Shown piece after piece: positions 19,882 through 29,586 of a DNA stretch of 64,000 bases (positions are counted from its first letter, which is position 1; each line of letters opens with the position of its first letter). The notes under the pieces were generated by a model. That model was not told the origin of the DNA. It searched no databases and saw only the letters and a program-made list of their open reading frames with translations. Location: assembly GCA_050253415.1 (NCBI GenBank), contig JBFWJC010000001.1:416001-480000 (forward strand), written 5' to 3'. This stretch comes from Pedobacter sp. Its GTDB lineage: Bacteria > Desulfobacterota > Desulfuromonadia > Desulfuromonadales > Syntrophotaleaceae. Position numbers and translations under genes: made by a program.

Positions 19882-22737
19882 ATGATCAAGAAGACTCTAA
19901 ATGTCAACGGTATCGACCGTGTCCTGATCATCGATCAGGAGTCACTGCTTAGCGATGTTTTGCGCAAGCAGTTACAGCTGACAGGTACCAAGGTAGGTTG
20001 CGGTACCGGTCAATGCGGTGCTTGCAGTGTCATCGTGGATGGCAAACTGGTGCGCTCTTGCGTAACCAAGATGAAACGGATTCCGGACCTGGCCAAAATC
20101 ACTACCATCGAAGGGATCGGTTCGCCTCTCAATTTGCATCCCATTCAGAAGGCTTTTGTCAAAAACGGAGCGATCCAATGCGGGTTCTGTACTCCCGGCT
20201 TTGTTGTGTCGACCAAGCTGCTGCTTGATGAGAACCCCGATCCGACCCGTGAGGAAGTGCGTGATTGGTTTCAGAAGCATCGCAATGCCTGCCGCTGCAC
20301 CGGCTATGTCATGATCGTCGACTCGGTCATGGACGCCGCCAAGGTGCTGCGCGGTGAAATGGCGGAATCCGCCCTTGACTTTAAATTGCCGTCTGATGGC
20401 AAAGTCTACGGTACTTGTATGCCGCGTCCGACTTCGGTACCCAAGGTTTGCGGTCTGTGGGACTTCGGCGAAGACATGCGCCAGCAACTTCCGGACAATA
20501 CCTTGGAATGCGCCCTCGTGCAGGCGGAAGTAGCCCATGCCAATATCAGGGGCATCGATACCTCCGAAGCGGAAAAGATGCCCGGCGTTGTGAAAGTGGT
20601 AACGCACAAGGACATCAAAGGTAAAAACCGCATTACCGGTCTGATCACCTTCCCCACCAACAAGGGGGACGGCTGGGATCGCCCCATTCTTAACGATGAA
20701 AAGATCTTCCAGTTCGGCGACGTTCTGGCCATCGTTTGCGCCGATACCCGCGAACACGCCAAGGCGGCAGCCAAGAAGGTGGTACTCGATCTCGAGGTCC
20801 TGCCGGCTTACATGAACGCTCTCGCAGCCAAGGCCGAGGATGCCATCGAGATTCATCCCGGCACTCCGAATGTCTACTACGATTGCATTGTCAAGAAAGG
20901 CGAGGAAACCAAGCCGTATTTTGATAAAGCCGCTCACGTTATCGAAGGCAGCTACTACCTTGGCCGCCAGCCTCATATGCCCCTCGAGCCCGATGTCGGT
21001 TTTGCCTATATCGATGACGAGGATCGTGTTGTCGTGCATTCCAAGTCGATCGGCATCCATCTGCATCACGCCATGATCTGTCCGGGACTCGGCCTCGAGC
21101 CTGAAAAACTGGTCATACGGCAGAACCCTACCGGCGCTACCTTCGGTTATAAGTTCAGCCCGACCATGGAAGCTTTGGTCGCTGCCGCCACCATGGCTAC
21201 CGGCCGCCCCTGTTTCCTGGGTTACGACTGGTTTCAGCAGCAGACCTACACCGGCAAGCGTTCCCCGGCATTCTTGAATGTGCGTCTGGCCGCCGACGAG
21301 GAAGGCAATTTCCTCGCTCTGGAAACCGACTGGGATCTCGACCATGGTCCCTATTCCGAGTTTGGTGACCTGGTTACCTGCCGCCAGGCCCAGTTCACTG
21401 GGGCTGGTTACGATATCAAGCATATCCGCGGCCATGGTCGTACCGTCGCCACCAACCATGCCTGGGGCTCCGCTTTCCGCGGTTATGGCTCGCCGCAGGC
21501 GTTCTTGGCTTCGGAATCGTTGGTCGACGAACTCGCCAAGAAAATGGGTGTGGATCCCTTGGAACTTCGTTACAAGAACATTTATCGTCCCGGCGCCACC
21601 ACCCCGACCGGGCAGACACCGGAAGTTTTCTGTTTCGAAGAGATGTTCGACATTCTGCGTCCCAAATACAAGGATGCACTGGAGCGGGCAAGAACCGGTT
21701 CCACGGAAACCAAGAAGCGCGGCGTCGGCATTTCCCTCGGGATTTACGGCTGCGGCCTTGACGGCCCGGACACCTCCGGTGCCTGGGCTCAGTTGGAAGA
21801 AGATGGCAGCGTTACCATCGGTACCGCCTGGGAATGCCATGGCCAGGGCGCGGATATGGGCACGGTTGCTTTCGCGCACGAAGCCCTGCGTCCGCTTGGT
21901 CTGACCCCCGAGCAGATCCACCTGAGCATGTGCGACACATCTCTGCACCCGAATGCCGGTCCCTCCGGCGGCAGCCGCCAGAATGTCGTTTCCGGGAATG
22001 CCATCCACGCAGCCAGTGTCAATTTGCTCAATGCCATGCGCAAAAACAATGGCACCTATCGAACCTACGGAGAAATGATCGCCGAAGGGATCGATGTCAG
22101 GCATGAGGGGACCTATACCACCCCTTGCACACATATGGATCTCGATGATCAACAAGGCAATCCTTTCTGCATCTACATGTATGCCTTGTTCATGTCCGAG
22201 GTAGTCGTGGATATCACCACCGGTAAGACCGAAGTGGTTAAAATGACCTATGTTGGCGACAACGGTACCATCACCAATCGTCTGTTGGTTGACGGCCAGG
22301 TCTATGGCGGTCTGGCCCAAGGCATAGGCCTGGGTCTTAGCGAAGACTTCGAATTTATCAAAGCCCATTCGAATATGATCGGTGCCGGGTTCCCCTTCAT
22401 CAAGGACGTTCCCGATGACTTGGAGCTGATCTACGTCGAAACGCCGCGTAAAGACGGAGCTCTCGGACAAGGTGGTTGTGGCGAAGGTCCGCTGACTTCT
22501 CCGCACGTCTCCATTATTAATGCCATCGACCATGCTTGCGGGGCACGTATCCGCTCCCTTCCTGCATACCCCGAGAAGGTTCTGCAGGCATTGCAGTCCG
22601 AGAAGAAGTCTTTCGACATTGAGGATGCACTGGAAGGCGGCTGGATTTCCGACAGCGTTGATGCGGAACCGCCTACCAAGAAGAAAGCAGCCAAAAAAGC
22701 AGCCGCGACGGGTTCCCAGCCTGCAGCTGCCGAGTGA
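19882..22737 (+). CDS. mop: molybdopterin-dependent aldehyde oxidoreductase (xanthine oxidase family, MOP type, no FAD domain)
   Basis: GCGTGQCGAC, QCGFC, CRCTGY [2Fe-2S] motifs; FGYK, AFRGYG, GQG, GE motifs. Confidence 0.95.
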   Translation: MIKKTLNVNGIDRVLIIDQESLLSDVLRKQLQLTGTKVGCGTGQCGACSVIVDGKLVRSCVTKMKRIPDLAKITTIEGIGSPLNLHPIQKAFVKNGAIQCGFCTPGFVVSTKLLLDENPDPTREEVRDWFQKHRNACRCTGYVMIVDSVMDAAKVLRGEMAESALDFKLPSDGKVYGTCMPRPTSVPKVCGLWDFGEDMRQQLPDNTLECALVQAEVAHANIRGIDTSEAEKMPGVVKVVTHKDIKGKNRITGLITFPTNKGDGWDRPILNDEKIFQFGDVLAIVCADTREHAKAAAKKVVLDLEVLPAYMNALAAKAEDAIEIHPGTPNVYYDCIVKKGEETKPYFDKAAHVIEGSYYLGRQPHMPLEPDVGFAYIDDEDRVVVHSKSIGIHLHHAMICPGLGLEPEKLVIRQNPTGATFGYKFSPTMEALVAAATMATGRPCFLGYDWFQQQTYTGKRSPAFLNVRLAADEEGNFLALETDWDLDHGPYSEFGDLVTCRQAQFTGAGYDIKHIRGHGRTVATNHAWGSAFRGYGSPQAFLASESLVDELAKKMGVDPLELRYKNIYRPGATTPTGQTPEVFCFEEMFDILRPKYKDALERARTGSTETKKRGVGISLGIYGCGLDGPDTSGAWAQLEEDGSVTIGTAWECHGQGADMGTVAFAHEALRPLGLTPEQIHLSMCDTSLHPNAGPSGGSRQNVVSGNAIHAASVNLLNAMRKNNGTYRTYGEMIAEGIDVRHEGTYTTPCTHMDLDDQQGNPFCIYMYALFMSEVVVDITTGKTEVVKMTYVGDNGTITNRLLVDGQVYGGLAQGIGLGLSEDFEFIKAHSNMIGAGFPFIKDVPDDLELIYVETPRKDGALGQGGCGEGPLTSPHVSIINAIDHACGARIRSLPAYPEKVLQALQSEKKSFDIEDALEGGWISDSVDAEPPTKKKAAKKAAATGSQPAAAE

Positions 22738-22822
22738 TGTGATTAGTCTGTAATACCCCCGTCTCTGGCACCGGTTTTTTTCCGGGTGCCGGTTGCCAGA
22801 GGTGTCTTAGAGGGTGTGAGGT

Positions 22823-22866
22823 CGATGGGGAGTAGCCCAACTGTACTCCCCATCGCCTTCTTTTAT
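22823..22866 (+). terminator. hairpin / partial terminator after mop
   Basis: CGATGGGGAGTA/TACTCCCCATCG perfect 12-bp stem then CCTTCTTTTAT. Confidence 0.6.
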
Positions 22867-22920
22867 CTTAAACCAGGGGATCCTTGTTGGAGCAAGCAAT
22901 CGAAGGGGAGGAAGTACTCG

Positions 22921-25239
22921 ATGGAAAAGGAACAACGCATAGCGTGGGAGGCGCAATGTATTCAGGAAGAGCCTCCGGCGTGTTCGGCGAACTGTCCTCT
23001 CCATGTAGACGTTCGTCAGTTCATGGGGGAAATGGCCAAGGGTAACCTGGAGGAGGCCTACCGGCTTTTGACCAGGAATATGCCTTTCCCCGGAATATTG
23101 GGACGTATTTGCAACCATCCCTGTGAGACGAAATGCCGCCGGCGTGAAGTCGGCGAGGCCCTCGCCATCGGTTCTCTGGAACGGCTTTGTGTGCAACATC
23201 ACGGATCACCTGACAAGGTCAAACTCCTGCCGCGCAAAAGTAAGAATGTGGTGGTTATCGGTGGCGATGTTGCCGGTCTTGTCGCTGCTCATGATCTGCG
23301 GAAAAAAGGATTCGGTGTCACGTTGCTGGAGACCGGAACTCAACTGGGGGAAACTTTTCGTACATTCCGCGAAGATTTGCTGCCGGGTGCGGTGATCGAC
23401 GAAGAACTGGCCGTTCTGAAGGAGATGCGGGTAGAAATTCAACTAGGCGCATCCCTGGACGATGTTGAGTTCGAGCGCCTTTGCACTGAATTTGATGCCG
23501 TGTTCATTGATCGCACCTCCCCAACCTGCGCGTCCCTGAACCTAGAGAAAGATGATGCCGGCCTGATTGCCATCGATCCTGTTACCGGTGGCACCCCACG
23601 TCCGGAAGTGTTTGCCGGTGGTCAAGACGGTGATGCGCCGATCATGCTGGCCGCGGCCGGTCGCAAAGGGGCGTTGTCCATCGAGCGTTTTTTGCAGCTG
23701 GCTCATATGACCATCGGTCGGGAAAATGATGGACCCTACGAAACCAGACTTTACACCAATCTTGAAGGGATCGCTCCTCTTGACCGGGTTCGTCCCGCTA
23801 ACCCTGATGCCGGTTATTCGCTCGCCGAGGCAACACAGGAAGCGGCTCGTTGTATTCAGTGTGAGTGTATGGAGTGCGTCAAGGTCTGTCAGTACATGGC
23901 TCACTACAAGAAGTATCCGAAAAAATATATCCGCCAGTTCTTCAATAACGAAAAGGTTTTGCTCGGAGCTTCCCACAGTTCCAATCAGATGATCAACTCC
24001 TGTACAAATTGCGGGTTGTGCGCCACCGTCTGCCCCAATAACCTTTCCATGGGGGAGGTTTGTCTTGCGGGACGGCACGCCATGTTGCAGGGCAACTATA
24101 TGCCCCCCTCTGCCCACGAATTCGCCTTGCAGGATATGGCTTTCAGCACCAGTGAGGAGTTCGTACTCAGCCGTCACCAACCGGGTATGCAACAGAGCAA
24201 ATATCTCTATTTTCCAAGTTGCCAGTTGAGCGCTACCGCTCCTGCGGAGGTGGTGGAATCGTATCGTGCCCTGTGTGACAACCTCTCCGGCGGCGTCGGT
24301 ATTCTGCTCGGTTGCTGTGGGGCGCCCGCTTTCTGGTCCGGTCGCGAGACCTTGTTCCGCGAGACCCTGGACACCATTTGCCAACAATGGCAGTCCATGG
24401 GTAAACCTGAAGTAATTACCGCCTGTTGTACTTGCCAGAGCGTGTTCAAGGAGCACTTGCCCGAGATTACCGTGAAGCCTCTTTGGCAGATACTTGAGAC
24501 GGGGTCGCTGATCGACTCTGTCTGCCAGAAAGAAGCCTCCTCCGGGCGGCCCATCGCCGTGGTCGACCCCTGTGTCAGTCGCAGCGATCCGGAAACTCAG
24601 AGCGGGGTGCGCCTGATCCTCGAAAAACTTGGTTTCACCCTTGAAGAGTTGCCTCTTTCCGGCGAAATGGCAGAGTGCTGCGGTTACGGCGGGCTGGTAT
24701 TCAATGCCAACCCTAAACTTGATAACGCCATTGTGGCCCGTCGGGCCGCCGAAAGTGATAAGGACTATTTGGCGTACTGTGCCATGTGCCGAGATAAGTT
24801 CGTAAGTGCCGGAAAGCGTACCGCCCACCTTCTTGAACTGTTATTCCCATCGGTAGCCGGCAACGATCCCTGGTCGCGCGGCTGGATATCCTGGTCTGAC
24901 CGGCGTGCTAACAGGCAGCGCGTGAAGCGGGAACTGCTTGACAGCTTGGGCGAAAACAGGGAGCGTGCCATGGAGCCTTACGAAAAAATTGTTCTTTATA
25001 TCGAACCCGAACTACTTCGCATTCTTGACAATCGCCGTATTCTGGAAAGTGACCTGCGGCAGGTCGTCCTTTATGCCGAAGAGACAGGTCGACGACTGCG
25101 TCACAATCTGAGCGGCCTGTATCGCGCTAATTTTAAACTGGGCAATACCACCTTCTGGGTTGATTACGCCCCCGAAATCGAAGGTTACCGTATTCACAAT
25201 GCATACTGTCACCGTATGAACGTAACGGGGGTGAAATAA
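22921..25239 (+). CDS. Fe-S oxidoreductase: GltD-like N-terminus, 4Fe-4S dicluster and CCG domains (DVU_1558-like)
   Basis: CSANCP, GRICNHPCE, CIQCECMECVKVC, CTNCGLCATVCP, two CCG motifs; GGGGAGG RBS. Confidence 0.85.
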   Translation: MEKEQRIAWEAQCIQEEPPACSANCPLHVDVRQFMGEMAKGNLEEAYRLLTRNMPFPGILGRICNHPCETKCRRREVGEALAIGSLERLCVQHHGSPDKVKLLPRKSKNVVVIGGDVAGLVAAHDLRKKGFGVTLLETGTQLGETFRTFREDLLPGAVIDEELAVLKEMRVEIQLGASLDDVEFERLCTEFDAVFIDRTSPTCASLNLEKDDAGLIAIDPVTGGTPRPEVFAGGQDGDAPIMLAAAGRKGALSIERFLQLAHMTIGRENDGPYETRLYTNLEGIAPLDRVRPANPDAGYSLAEATQEAARCIQCECMECVKVCQYMAHYKKYPKKYIRQFFNNEKVLLGASHSSNQMINSCTNCGLCATVCPNNLSMGEVCLAGRHAMLQGNYMPPSAHEFALQDMAFSTSEEFVLSRHQPGMQQSKYLYFPSCQLSATAPAEVVESYRALCDNLSGGVGILLGCCGAPAFWSGRETLFRETLDTICQQWQSMGKPEVITACCTCQSVFKEHLPEITVKPLWQILETGSLIDSVCQKEASSGRPIAVVDPCVSRSDPETQSGVRLILEKLGFTLEELPLSGEMAECCGYGGLVFNANPKLDNAIVARRAAESDKDYLAYCAMCRDKFVSAGKRTAHLLELLFPSVAGNDPWSRGWISWSDRRANRQRVKRELLDSLGENRERAMEPYEKIVLYIEPELLRILDNRRILESDLRQVVLYAEETGRRLRHNLSGLYRANFKLGNTTFWVDYAPEIEGYRIHNAYCHRMNVTGVK

Positions 25240-25446
25240 GTGAAATTTTCCGAAGAAGAAGTCCAGAACTGGAATTGCGAGGCATGTGGCGAGGCCCTGG
25301 TCATGAGGGAGATTGAATTTTCTTATATGAAGGGTTCTTTCCATGTGGAATTGCCGGCCTGTCCCAAGTGCGCCCTGGTGTTGATTACCGAAGAACTGGC
25401 CATGGGCAAGATGGCCGAGGCGGAAAAGGCCCTTGAAGACAAATAG
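25240..25446 (+). CDS. small double-CxxC protein (DVU_1557-like)
   Basis: CEAC...CPKC, ends LEDK; abuts upstream stop. Confidence 0.8.
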   Translation: MKFSEEEVQNWNCEACGEALVMREIEFSYMKGSFHVELPACPKCALVLITEELAMGKMAEAEKALEDK

Positions 25447-26167
25447 CGCCCCAGATGCTTGTCCTCTTTCCAGGTCAAACCTGTATGAATCCGTGGATCT
25501 GCATAGAGCCACAGGCAAAACAATTCGTCCCGGCGGTCTGTCGCTGCTGGAATACGTTTTGACGTTGTATCCCTTCAAGGCCGATTCCAGGATTCTGGAT
25601 GTTGGTTGCGGCATGGGGGCGACGGTTTCTTATTTGCGTGAGAGGTATGGTTTGCGTGCCGCAGGTCTTGACCTGTCACGAAAACTGTTGGCTCAATGCA
25701 TGCCATTCTTGCCGCGGCTTCGAGCGCATGCCGAAGTTCTGCCGGTGGCCAGTTGTTGTCTGGAGGGCGTGGTGTGCGAGTGTGTGTTGTCGCTGGTCAC
25801 GGATCCGCTGAGAGCCTTGTCCGAGTTTTCTCGTGTTCTGACTCCGGGAGGTTTGATTATCCTCAGCGATATATACCGCCGTGACCCGCGAAATAACACT
25901 CAGGATCTGATAACCGATTGCTGCCTGGCCGGGGCTGTGACTCGCGAGGAAGTCCTGGAATGGTTAACAAAGGCGGGATTCAGCATTATCCTATGGGAAG
26001 ATCATTCGCGATTGCTTGCGGAATTGGCAGCAAAACTCATTTTCATCTATGGCTCGATGGCGGCCTTTTGGGGGCAATTTACTCAGGGAGACGAAGGCGA
26101 GAAGATGGAAAAGGCTGTCAAAGCCATGCGTCCTGGATATTATCTGATCGTTGCCTCAAAACCTTAA
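25433..26167 (+). CDS. class I SAM-dependent methyltransferase (DVU_1556-like)
   Basis: RPGG, LDVGCGMG, ECVLS, RVLTPGG; start uncertain. Confidence 0.88.
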   Translation: MKTNSAPDACPLSRSNLYESVDLHRATGKTIRPGGLSLLEYVLTLYPFKADSRILDVGCGMGATVSYLRERYGLRAAGLDLSRKLLAQCMPFLPRLRAHAEVLPVASCCLEGVVCECVLSLVTDPLRALSEFSRVLTPGGLIILSDIYRRDPRNNTQDLITDCCLAGAVTREEVLEWLTKAGFSIILWEDHSRLLAELAAKLIFIYGSMAAFWGQFTQGDEGEKMEKAVKAMRPGYYLIVASKP

Positions 26168-26410
26168 TTTGCGCGTTGAGGCTGTAGTAAAAGGTCAGGA
26201 TATTTCAAAAGGCGATTTTCAAGGGCACTAAACCATTGGTTTTTCCAAGAAAATGGATCTTAGGCGAGATTTAAGGGGCAACTACTTTCAACCATTGGGT
26301 TGTAGGGTTTTTCCCTGGTCTCGTTAGATTGGTAAGCGGTAGTTCCATGCCTACCGTTATGTTGTTTTTTATATAACCAAATAGTCCTGTCTAACCAAGA
26401 GGGTCACACT

Positions 26411-26857
26411 ATGAGCAATGAAATGTCTCGTATGCTGGAACTTTCCACCAAAGGTTACTTTTGCAGTCAGATCCTGCTGGCACTCGGACTCGACAATCGT
26501 GGTCAGACCAATCCTGATTTGATTCGTACCATGGCTGGCCTGGCCCATGGCGCCGGATTTGGTGGGGGCACCTGCGGAGCCCTCACCGGCGGCGCTTGCC
26601 TGCTGGCCTATTATTCCGGTAAGGGCAGTGATGAAGAGAGTCAGCATGAAGGTTTCATGTCGATGCGTAGTCAACTGGCTGAATGGTTTTCAGAATCCGT
26701 CGGAGAACAATACGGTGGTATCGATTGTGAAACGATCGTCGGCGATGGTGAAGATATGCAACTGCGGTGCGGCCAGATTGTAGGCGGCGTCTATGCCAGG
26801 GTAATGGCGTTGCTGAAGGAACACGGCATTGATGCCAAGGCAAACCCACATGAGTGA
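26411..26857 (+). CDS. C-GCAxxG-C-C family redox protein (DVU_1555-like)
   Basis: FCSQ, TCGALTGG, DC, RC pattern. Confidence 0.85.
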   Translation: MSNEMSRMLELSTKGYFCSQILLALGLDNRGQTNPDLIRTMAGLAHGAGFGGGTCGALTGGACLLAYYSGKGSDEESQHEGFMSMRSQLAEWFSESVGEQYGGIDCETIVGDGEDMQLRCGQIVGGVYARVMALLKEHGIDAKANPHE

Positions 26858-28256
26858 ACAAGAGTACACTCGCTGGATGACCGAAAGTCTTTGTCCCACC
26901 TGCCTGACCCGTGTGCCTGCCGAAAGGGTTGTCGAGGGACAAGATGTCTGGTTGGTCAAGGCCTGTCCGGAGCATGGCGAAACCCGTACCATTATGTGGC
27001 GCGGTACCCCCGATTTGCCGGGTTGGCAGCGACCGAAGATACCCTCCCGGCCGCCGGTTTGTTACACCGAACCGAACCGCGGTTGTCCCTACGATTGCGG
27101 TCTGTGTACCAATCATGGTCAGCATACCTGCTCGGCATTGTTGGAGATCACCCAACGTTGCAATATGAATTGTCCGGTATGTTTTGCCGATAGCGGTTCA
27201 GTTGCGGAGCCGGACCCCACCCTTGATGCTATTGGAAAGTGGCTCGCCTCCGTCCGTCATGCCTGCGGTGATCATATCGTCATTCAACTTTCCGGCGGGG
27301 AGCCCACCGTGCGCGAGGATCTCCCCGACATTATCCGGTTGGCGCGCAGTTACGGTTTCGGATTTGTGCAGATCAACACCAATGGGCTTCGGCTGGCAGA
27401 GGATCCCGCTTATGCATGGCAGTTGCGTGAAGCAGGATTAAGCTCGGTTTTTCTGCAATTCGATGGCACCCGCGATGCGATTTATCAAAAATTGCGTGGT
27501 CGGGATATGATGGCTGAAAAAATCCGCGCAATCGATCACTGTCTGCAAAATCACCTGGGAGTGGTGCTTGTGCCGACCCTTGTCCCCGGCATCAACCAGC
27601 AGGATATTGGGGCTATTCTGCGCTTCGGTATGGAGCGCGCGCCCGGCATTCGTGGAGTGCATTTCCAACCGATCAGTTATTTCGGCCGGTTTCCGGATAT
27701 CCCGGACAATACACAACGGCTGACCCTGCCAGAGATTATCCGGGCGATCGAACAACAGACCGATAGGCTGATGAAGGTCGAGCATTTTGCACCGCCGGGT
27801 TGTGAACACAGTCATTGCTCTTTCCACGGGAACTTCGTGTTAATGGAAAACGGAGCCGTGACCGCCATGACCAGTAAAAGTTCTTCCTGTTGCAATAAAC
27901 CGGTGGTGGCGGCCGAGGGGGCCGAGAAGTCTACGCTATTTTTAACGCGACAATGGGCTGCTCCAGAGGGGGCTCACGCGATATCGACACCGCTCCCCAC
28001 CAAAAAACCTTGTTGCGAGACATCTCAATCTCCAAGCCTGGATGAGTTTTTACAACGGATCAAGACCCACACTTTCGCGGTGTCGGGCATGGCGTTTCAG
28101 GATGTCTGGAATGTCGACCTGGAACGCACTCGGAATTGCTGTATCCATGTGGTGACCCCGGAAGGGAAGCTGGTGCCGTTCTGTTTGTACAATCTGACTT
28201 CGGCGAGTGGGCAAACCCTTCATCGTGGACATGTTCATGCAAATCTCACCCCTTGA
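26850..28256 (+). CDS. radical SAM protein (TrsS-like, Cys form)
   Basis: N-terminal CPTC/CPEHG and CPYDCGLC; CNMNCPVC; SGGEP; C-terminal CCIH...PFC. Confidence 0.9.
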   Translation: MSEQEYTRWMTESLCPTCLTRVPAERVVEGQDVWLVKACPEHGETRTIMWRGTPDLPGWQRPKIPSRPPVCYTEPNRGCPYDCGLCTNHGQHTCSALLEITQRCNMNCPVCFADSGSVAEPDPTLDAIGKWLASVRHACGDHIVIQLSGGEPTVREDLPDIIRLARSYGFGFVQINTNGLRLAEDPAYAWQLREAGLSSVFLQFDGTRDAIYQKLRGRDMMAEKIRAIDHCLQNHLGVVLVPTLVPGINQQDIGAILRFGMERAPGIRGVHFQPISYFGRFPDIPDNTQRLTLPEIIRAIEQQTDRLMKVEHFAPPGCEHSHCSFHGNFVLMENGAVTAMTSKSSSCCNKPVVAAEGAEKSTLFLTRQWAAPEGAHAISTPLPTKKPCCETSQSPSLDEFLQRIKTHTFAVSGMAFQDVWNVDLERTRNCCIHVVTPEGKLVPFCLYNLTSASGQTLHRGHVHANLTP

Positions 28257-29586
28257 TGCCTGGGTTGCGGATCAGATTGGGCTGGTTGAGAACCAGACGC
28301 TTTCGATTGAAAATCTGCGCGATTATCAACGAACACGTCTGAATGCGACTCTTGAACATGCCGTGTTTAACAGTCCCTTTTATCGTCAACGATTAGGGGC
28401 GTATCAACCCCTGGCGGCCCTGGATGACTTGAAGCAACTGCCGTTCACTACGTCTTTGGATCTGGTCAAACAAGGACTGCAGATGCTTGCCGTTTCCCAG
28501 GGGGAAATCGAGCGAATTGTTACCCTGCGCAGTTCCGGTACGACCGGACAGCCCAAACGCATCTATTTTACACGGTCGGATCTGGAGCGGACCCGGACAT
28601 TCTTTCGTTGCGGGATGTCTCAGATGCTGAAGGCGGGGGACCGGGTGCTGGTGCTTCTGCCAGGAGAGCTGCCGGATAGCGCTGGGCGTCTGCTGGCGGA
28701 TGCTCTTCAAGTAGCAGGCATCGAATCGGAGGTCTTCGGTCTGGTGACTGATCCGGGGCAGGTGGCCGCGCTGCTGGCAAGCCAATCATTTGACTGTGTG
28801 GTGGGGATTCCGACCCAGGTATTGGGGGTGGTGCGTCATCCCGCGGCGGCTGTGCCCTGTGGGCGCATCGGCAGTGTGTTTCTCACCTCCGATTACGTTC
28901 CCTCGGCCCTGGTCCAGGATATCCGCCGAATATGGAACTGCCCGGCCATCAATCACTACGGCATGACGGAACTGGGACTGACTGGCGGTGTGGAATGCCA
29001 GGCCCTGGCCGGCTATCACCTGCGGGAGCCAGATTTATATTTCGAGGTGATCGATCCTCTGTCCGGTGCGGTTTTACCAGAGGGAGATCTGGGTGAAGTG
29101 GTTGTGACCACCCTGTCCCGTACCGGTATGCCGTTGATTCGCTATCGAACCGGTGATCTTGCCCGGTTTCTTCCGGATCCCTGTCCATGTGGCAGCCGTT
29201 TGCCGCGACTGAGTAAGTTACAGGGCCGCCTGACCGGGAAAATCGATATAGGAGGGCCTTTGAAGCTCGGTATGCCCGAATTGGATGAGGCCTTGTTCAG
29301 TTTGCCAGGCCTGATCAATTTCAATGCCAATCTGGCGGTTATGGACTCCGGTTTAAATTGGTTCCAAGTTACTATCGAAACCCGCCCGGGAGTCGAACAG
29401 AAGACCCGGGTTAACGTTGACCGGCGTTTGCCGACCATTCCGGCGTTGCGGGCAGCGGTTGCTGCCGGTGGTCTGTCTCTGCGGCCAACCTCCCTGGCCA
29501 AACAACCCCTGGCGGTATCCGCAACCGCCAAACGACTCATCGAACAATCAAACAAGGAGTACGTTCATCTTGAAACAGTTAATTGA
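28237..29586 (+). CDS. PaaK-like AMP-dependent CoA ligase (DVU_1553-like)
   Basis: SSGTTGQPK, HYGMTE, PLIRYRTGD. Confidence 0.9.
   Translation: MQISPLDAWVADQIGLVENQTLSIENLRDYQRTRLNATLEHAVFNSPFYRQRLGAYQPLAALDDLKQLPFTTSLDLVKQGLQMLAVSQGEIERIVTLRSSGTTGQPKRIYFTRSDLERTRTFFRCGMSQMLKAGDRVLVLLPGELPDSAGRLLADALQVAGIESEVFGLVTDPGQVAALLASQSFDCVVGIPTQVLGVVRHPAAAVPCGRIGSVFLTSDYVPSALVQDIRRIWNCPAINHYGMTELGLTGGVECQALAGYHLREPDLYFEVIDPLSGAVLPEGDLGEVVVTTLSRTGMPLIRYRTGDLARFLPDPCPCGSRLPRLSKLQGRLTGKIDIGGPLKLGMPELDEALFSLPGLINFNANLAVMDSGLNWFQVTIETRPGVEQKTRVNVDRRLPTIPALRAAVAAGGLSLRPTSLAKQPLAVSATAKRLIEQSNKEYVHLETVN

Noticed and set aside
19972..22533. 853-aa antisense ORF opposite mop (also 55755-57029, 57124-58362, 2522-3958, 23542-24828)
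   Set aside because: Shadow ORFs from codon bias of the sense genes; no recognisable motifs
26178..26193. GAGGCTGTAGTAAAA as an IS terminal inverted repeat
   Set aside because: No partner repeat or transposase nearby
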